From NCBI RefSeq assembly GCF_000002075.1, contig NW_004797726.1, forward strand, positions 542,335-606,334: DNA of 64,000 bases, read 5' to 3'. The translations under genes were made by a program, and so were the position numbers. Each line of letters begins with the position of its first letter. Position 1 is the stretch's first letter. The DNA comes from Aplysia californica. Lineage: Eukaryota. Shown here one piece after another: positions 57,790 to 64,000 of this stretch. The notes under the pieces are model-generated. The model ran no database searches. It worked only from the letters and a program-made list of their open reading frames with translations, and was not told where the DNA came from.

Positions 57790-58068
57790 AAGCAGACTTT
57801 ACAACACAAGTCAAAAACATTTCCCACTCCCCAGGAAGCATACAGAGTAAGTGCAAGCAGCCGATTACGTGCCCTAAAACACTTACAAACTGACTAGAGC
57901 TTTTGCTGTATACATTATGTATATATATATAGCCAGGTACCCATTCCCACATGGGAGAAGTGAGGAACACTCGTATAGTCTTTCCCAAGGACACAGCATC
58001 GGGCCCCTGATGGGATTTGAACCCAAGATCTTACAGTTAAAGAGTTCACGAGCATAACCAGTGAGACC
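57790..58068 (-). mobile_element. Degenerate tRNA-derived SINE with CORE-like domain
   Basis: Minus strand has B box GGTTCAAATCC, tgtgtccttgggaaag, aatgggtacctg and gtatgcttcctgggg. Confidence 0.7.
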
Positions 58069-58102
58069 TTGATAAACTTAAACACCTATCTTATAGTATC
58101 AA

Positions 58103-58595
58103 TTTTTAAAAAATTTTTTGGTGAGTGTCTTACGGTGCTCACAACTGCATATGGTCATATGAGCGCGCGGGACACATCAAACATATTGAGTTGGTAGGAA
58201 ATTTGGAATTTTGCCCAGGTGGCGACCAAAGCCTACTCTTATCGATTTTGGACCACCAAGGGATCTTTAATGAGTGCAACTTGTACACGGGACCTCCGAG
58301 ATTTTTCACCATTGTCTGAGAAAACTTGGTGTAGATCTTACTAAGATCAAGAGTGTGGCTGAAAGACAACAGTAAGGAGCAAAGGAGTAGCAGTAGAAAG
58401 GCTGCAAAAAGAGTCAGGAGCCTAAAGGAGGGGGCAAAGAAGGTGAGGGGCTGGGGGCAGAAACTTTGAAAGTAGAGGCGAAAGCAGACGACAGAACATT
58501 GTTATAGAGCTGGAAAGGATGTGAAAGAAGAACATTTTCCATCGCTATCCGAATTCGAACCCGGGACCTTTGAGTGAGAAGCGACAAGAGCCCCC
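58103..58595 (-). mobile_element. Second copy of the Nin/Deu-like SINE
   Basis: Reverse complement aligns along its whole length with 38749-39275; A-box region partly deleted. Confidence 0.9.
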
Positions 58596-60629
58596 ATATA
58601 TTAGATCAATTCTCTTTAAAAACACAGCAAAAAACACACATATGACTGTCTTGTTCGTCACAGCACATGTCTATTACTGTAATGCAATGAGTACCATACA
58701 CATCAATTAAGAAGACAAAGAATCATATATACATGTAGTGCAGGAAGCATACAAAGACACAGACCCCCCTGCATCATCCATTCACTCAAACAACTGGTGC
58801 AAATTTCTCATCGCCACTACTGAAAAACAATTTTTAAGGCTAAATTATCGGGACTATTCGAAACGCTTACTCTTTAACTTTTATATCACTAAAGAGCCAA
58901 TCAAATTACATGAAAATCCTATTTTTAAAAAAAAAACAACAAAAAAACAAATAAAACAGCAACATTCTCCTTCTACTTCTGAACACCTGCCAACCACTCC
59001 AAAACCAGAAACGGGAGTTTTTCTCAAAATCCTTATAAAATTTTGGAATTTGAGGGGAAAAAATCAAGTGTCTAGAACCCCCTGTAGATCAAGATAACAT
59101 AATGAACTAACCATGGAACTAAATAAACGTGCATATACACGCAATTAATGCAAATAAAAATGTGTATTTTCACACCATTTGCAATAAGTCGCATACGACA
59201 AGGTGGAGATGAAATTCAAGAAAAAATAAAATGGGTACAAATCCGATCAAGTTTTTTTGACAGGCCAAATAAAAAACGGAGATCTCCAATTTTATCAACA
59301 AAGTACTCAGAACATCTGTCTTCAAACTTCAATCACGTAAGCAATAAGTTTTCTCATTTTCATGCCACGATAAAAAGAAAGTCACAATGAAAACAAGAGC
59401 TAAAATCAATGTATCGCCAAAACCATACTAGATCAATTTCATAGTGTTTAACTTATTAACATACTACCAACTCTCTTCCTTTGAAAACTTTCTAACGCTA
59501 TTTCCCCCCCCAAAAAACCCTTTCATTTACAAAAATAAAATATGATGAGTATGTTAAATCCAAACAAAAAATCTTCCCCTAACTTAACTAACCAGCATTT
59601 TACAATCTGGAACTTACTACGTACAATTTCTAAGAACCGGGTACACTTGAACTTTGCTCGTCTTTTCTCGTAAAATATGAAAATGGCACTTGGTGGAATC
59701 TTACAGAATGTGACGACACAACAGCTCACCTTTCTGAATCCTGCAAACATGACCAACGCACCAAATCACACAAATTTGTATCATCTTAATAAATGAGTTA
59801 AAACACAAAACATCATTTAACAGTAGATTCTGAAAAGCCTCAGACACTTTTATCAGCTTCAGCACACCAAATGACTTCACTAAGAAATATGAACAAAAGA
59901 CAATGAATAGCACAAACTACCAGAGCACCAACAGACCACAATACACAAAATACTTGCAGACTTGCAGGAACTCACTTTGAACACAGCACATTTGCCATTG
60001 AAATTATAACGGTCAGCTTTCCTCATACTGGAAGGGTTTCCATGAATTCTCTTAGCCATCCTATCCATCTCACACACCAACACACTCACTAACACATCTA
60101 GCCACACCACCAACATGCACACAACTTATGTTACAGTCACTCAGACACGGTATACATGTACACACATTTATACCCCAAATGCTAGGAAACTCTAAACTGA
60201 CTTGTCTTACTCATACGCATCTGTGAAAAAACAACTGACAGCTTTCTTCACCCTTTTTTTTCTTCCCATAATTAATGCCAAGCATTCATGGAAGTAAATA
60301 GAGACCATTTTTCATGGACGCTAGGAATTTCAAATGTTTTGGCACAGGGGTGGTCAGTGGAAGTAACAGTAGGCAATCTAGCAATGACCACGAAAATCCT
60401 TTTTTTGCCAGAAAGTGTTTGCAAATAGATGCATTTTGTAGCTTTATCTTCACAGAGCATGGAACTTTTTGAATTTTTGAAATCCATCAATAAACAAAAA
60501 AGTAACAGATTTTTTAATCAATTAATTTCTGGTACACTTTTATATAATGAAAAAACCCCAAAATATGGGACATTCTTTGGTGAGTTTTGAGACAATATTC
60601 GTCATAACTCGCTCATTTCTCAGAGTATT

Positions 60630-61000
60630 TAAAAGAAACTTGGCAACCCAGTACATTTTCTAGTGCAGAATCGAGTCCTGCTTTCAGATTTTTCATAGCT
60701 ATCCTATTATTTGAGTTATGAAGACGTTTATAGGTAAAAATGTGGCGGTTTTCGGTGCGTTTTGAGAAAATATTTGTCATACCTCGCCTATTTCTTGGAA
60801 TATGTAAATGAAACCTGGCAGTCTAGTACATTTTTTAATGCAGAATCTAGTTATGCAGTCAGATTTTTAACATCTGTCGTACTTTTTGAGTTGTAAAGAC
60901 ATTAACAGGTAAAAAAGTGGCGTGCTTTACAGATTTACAAAGATTATCAGTCATATGTTCTCCCAAAGTCATGATATTTGAATGAAACTTGGCAACATAA
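60630..61000. repeat. ~175-bp degenerate direct repeat, 2-3 units, probably transposon-internal
   Basis: gaaacttggca...tgcagaatc...aggtaaaaa.gtggcg recurs at 60635, 60810 and 60984. Confidence 0.7.
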
Positions 61001-61644
61001 AAGGTTCCTCCTTGCCAAGCAATGCTCTGGATCAATTTGTCACAAAAATGTAAGTAGAGAGCTACTAATAAATCCAGTTCTATACTAGTAAAAGCATGCA
61101 TACTTTGTTATAGAAAATAAGATCGTCTCTGTGTATATCCATTGTTGGACAGTGTCCTATTATGTGGTAGATTAAGATGCGTTCAGATAATATAGTTTAC
61201 AAGTCATGGGAATATTTCGCAGGTGTAGGCTACAACTCATACAATAAATGTAACATATTTACACCCCCCCCCCCCCTTCTCTCTCTCTCTCTCTCTCACG
61301 CGCGCGCACACACACACACATGCACGCGCGCGCACTCACGCACGCACGCGTGAACGATAAAAATGTATAAACGGGACTATCTTCCCAGACTGGACTAAAT
61401 AAGTACCGTACTCTTTAATAACAATCTTAATGCCTCACTTTTCCAAACAGAGCACACAGGACAAGTCCAAGTGTGTGCTTTCCCAAGAGGGGGGAATAGG
61501 CTTTCATAACGCAAACACAATGCCATACCACTTCTCAAGATGTTTGCTTTTCTGTTTCTATTTTTCTGTCATGCAATCAAGCAAATAAAAATGACTACAT
61601 CTATTGTATTGTGACTAAAATGCAACAAAAACACAAGTTATCAA

Positions 61645-62156
61645 GGCCCCCGTTTAGTTTTCAAGTATCCTTCCCCCCCTTTCCGGTTCACATAAGCGGG
61701 GCCTCGTTTGTAGCGCCCGAGGCGACCGATGGCTGATGACGTCACTCAGTGGAAATTTCCCAGCGGCAGGCCGTTCACCCAGTACGCGCAAACGGCAATG
61801 TCGCTTTTTCCCTTAGTTACTCCCACATTTTTAAAGATTACGCAAAAACCGCTAAACACAAAAGCTTGAAATTTTAAGGGAATAAAGAAAAATGGTGTAC
61901 AACGTATCAGTCAGTTTGACAAATCACAGCTTCGAAAAATCTTCAAAGCGCACCACATCAACCACTTTCGCAAACGTTTTCGACTGCTTCTAGGATGGGT
62001 ACAATGTTGTAAAACTGCATACTACGAGATTGACCTCTTTTCTGATTGGCTGCCAAGTTTCATTTATATCCATTCACGAGAAGCGGCGTGAGAGCGAGTT
62101 GAAGACAACAACCTTTGCGTTAGTGCGTCCCACAAAACACCCCCGCTGCGGGGGCC
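61645..62156. mobile_element. CpG-rich MITE-like element
   Basis: Termini GGCCCCCG ... CGGGGGCC bound a CpG-rich block in otherwise CpG-poor DNA; no second copy in the window. Confidence 0.5.
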
Positions 62157-63249
62157 AAAAATCGGCAGAACAAAACGCGCTCGGTGGGCATTGCTAGGCA
62201 ATCAGTCTATATTTTTAGGGTGTACAAGTGTGGGGGTATGCTCTGCCTGTAGAGGTCTGAAAAGTCAAATATCTGATCGTACAAAGCAGTCGTTTTTGTT
62301 TGTCATATTACTCTAATCAGACCAGGTTTAAGTGAGACTTTCTCTCGATGGCAGCAAGTTCTGCAGAAATAAGTACTAATTATAAAAATGTGAGCATGAG
62401 TTTACTCTTATGAAAATCTTGCTATTAACATATATCTGAAACTTGACAAAATAGAAGACTGAGCCGAGAACATTTTCACACTGCAGAGAAAACTTGCCTG
62501 CCTTACCACACCAACCATAAAACATCTCCTCCTCGGATCATTCAAAAGGCGTTGTGCTACATACAAGACTAATAAAAACTCTCAAAACCAGTTTCATGTT
62601 CCAAAATACATTGAGCCACTGAAGGTAATAAAATACCATCAACAACAAAAGCACATCCGTACAATGTCAGCTTACATGACCCACATCAATAGGAGAGTAT
62701 CACTTGTATCCTGTCACAGAAACAGCTACATCAACAAACAGCAACTTGTCTGTGAAAATTCCTACCTAAACCTTTGGACTAGGAAACACAGCTAGACTCC
62801 CGTAAATTATTTTTGAATGTTCTTCAACTCCATTAAAAAGCACAATGGCTTTCACTGACAAAATTTCGAGTGGTCTGTTCTATAGCCCAAACTTTGAGAC
62901 TTGCTCAGAATATTGCTAGTACTAGTTACAAATGCAAACAAGCTTACTTTCTTTTAAAATCCAAAATTGCCATATCTTCAGAGGCTACTTACTACAAACT
63001 TGATTTTGCACGGCATTTTAAAAAAAACTACATCTCTTTGCTGGAAGCAGTTTATGAGAGTTGCATTACACTCGAGGCTTCCCTACAGTTCTGATAAAAT
63101 ACACTTATAATGGCCTGAAACTAAGAGGTACACAAGTTGGAAAGACCAGGAGTGAGCATAAAATGTGACACTGAGAGCTACACATCGCTGGCAGGCTGTT
63201 CAATTATTTTAAGTCCAAAAAGCAAAATTTTTTTCCGGGGGGGAAATTT

Positions 63250-63280
<31 letters not shown>

Positions 63281-63520
63281 GGGGGGCTTCAGATTTAGAA
63301 TTTCTACAAAATATTTACTGAGCTCAAGCAACCTATACCACAGATTAAGAAACTGCAATTTCAAAAAATTGTCCAAATTTTGAGGCTAATTCATCTCAAC
63401 AGCTGCTCAACAAAATATGTCCTAACTTGTTTCCTGCACTTTCTGTTCTCTCACTGATCAATGTTCAGGGTACAAGGTTCCTGCATATGACAGGTCCCCA
63501 GCTGTAGAACTCACACAAAC

Positions 63521-63605
63521 TTATATAATCTCAGTGGGTGGCATGTATGTAAGAGACCAGGCTGATCGGTGTGGGACCTCCATCAACATGTCCAAAGAAT
63601 CAGGA
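63521..63605 (-). CDS. Candidate last coding exon of a convergent neighbouring gene (PDSLDMLMEVPHRSAWSLTYMPPTEII*)
   Basis: Minus-strand acceptor tctttgtttctcgacattgtgtgcag|; this is the longest of the three frames (the other two stop within 6 codons) and runs 27 codons to TAA; strand skew is reversed in this region. Product not recognised. Confidence 0.4.
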
Positions 63606-64000
63606 CTGCACACAATGTCGAGAAACAAAGACATTCTAATTCTACTTAATTAACCAATGCCCTTGTCAACACAGCACAGAGACAGTAAAAGGCAAACCCC
63701 TCAAAATAACATCTTTCTTTTAAGAATAGGTTGGATGAGAGACTTCCAAACTCTCCAATGTCTCAATACATCTATCTGCAATCAAAGCTTAAGCCATGTC
63801 ACACTCACCATATTAACACACCAATTGAGATACATAAGCATACATTGGAAGAACACAAAAATACCACTCAAGATCCATATTTTCCATTCAAGCATACACA
63901 CACACATGTACACAGAAACACACTGACCCCCCCCCCCCCCCAAAAAGCTGAGAGAGCAACATCACTAGTCAAACAACAAGCCGGGCCGGGCTGTTCATCA

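Noticed and set aside
61734-61756. Hammerhead-like core CTGATGA...GAAA
   Set aside because: Stem II is weak and I found no partner strands for stems I and III or an NUH site. The other CTGANGA sites I noticed by eye also lacked a matching GAAA stem.

Overview
This is animal genomic DNA from a draft assembly with 8 N-gaps and many microsatellites; the SINE types suggest a mollusc, probably a gastropod (inference). Positions 4.7-49.7 kb (+ strand) hold the 3' half of a Trio/Kalirin-family gene. I could build 26 canonical GT-AG exons encoding linker, DH2/PH2 RhoGEF with the Galpha-q-binding [12 protein letters not shown] extension, Ser/Ala-rich linker, SH3, Ig, FN3 and an intact CAMK-type Ser/Thr kinase (stop at 49650-49652). 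Splice phases chain consistently from 8545 to the stop. There are two anomalies: the exon at 6973-7182 lies out of protein order, and the first DH exon is missing (probably in a gap). Introns hold several candidate alternative exons absent from the ORF track: an internal first exon with a Duet/p63RhoGEF-like Cys motif (3666-3779), a UGA-plus-hairpin exon (18473), and a 44-nt phase-switch exon (27333-27376) that leads into a terminal exon ending in a polybasic stretch plus a CaaX box (…ATCMLL*, 30757-30835) with its own AATAAA. Together they suggest short RhoGEF isoforms with switchable lipid anchors. The remainder is tRNA-derived SINEs, a short retroposon family sharing their 3' tail, LINE fragments, MITEs, minisatellites and probably the 3' end of a convergent minus-strand gene (>57.4 kb). 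Human sequences quoted for comparison are from memory, not from a search.
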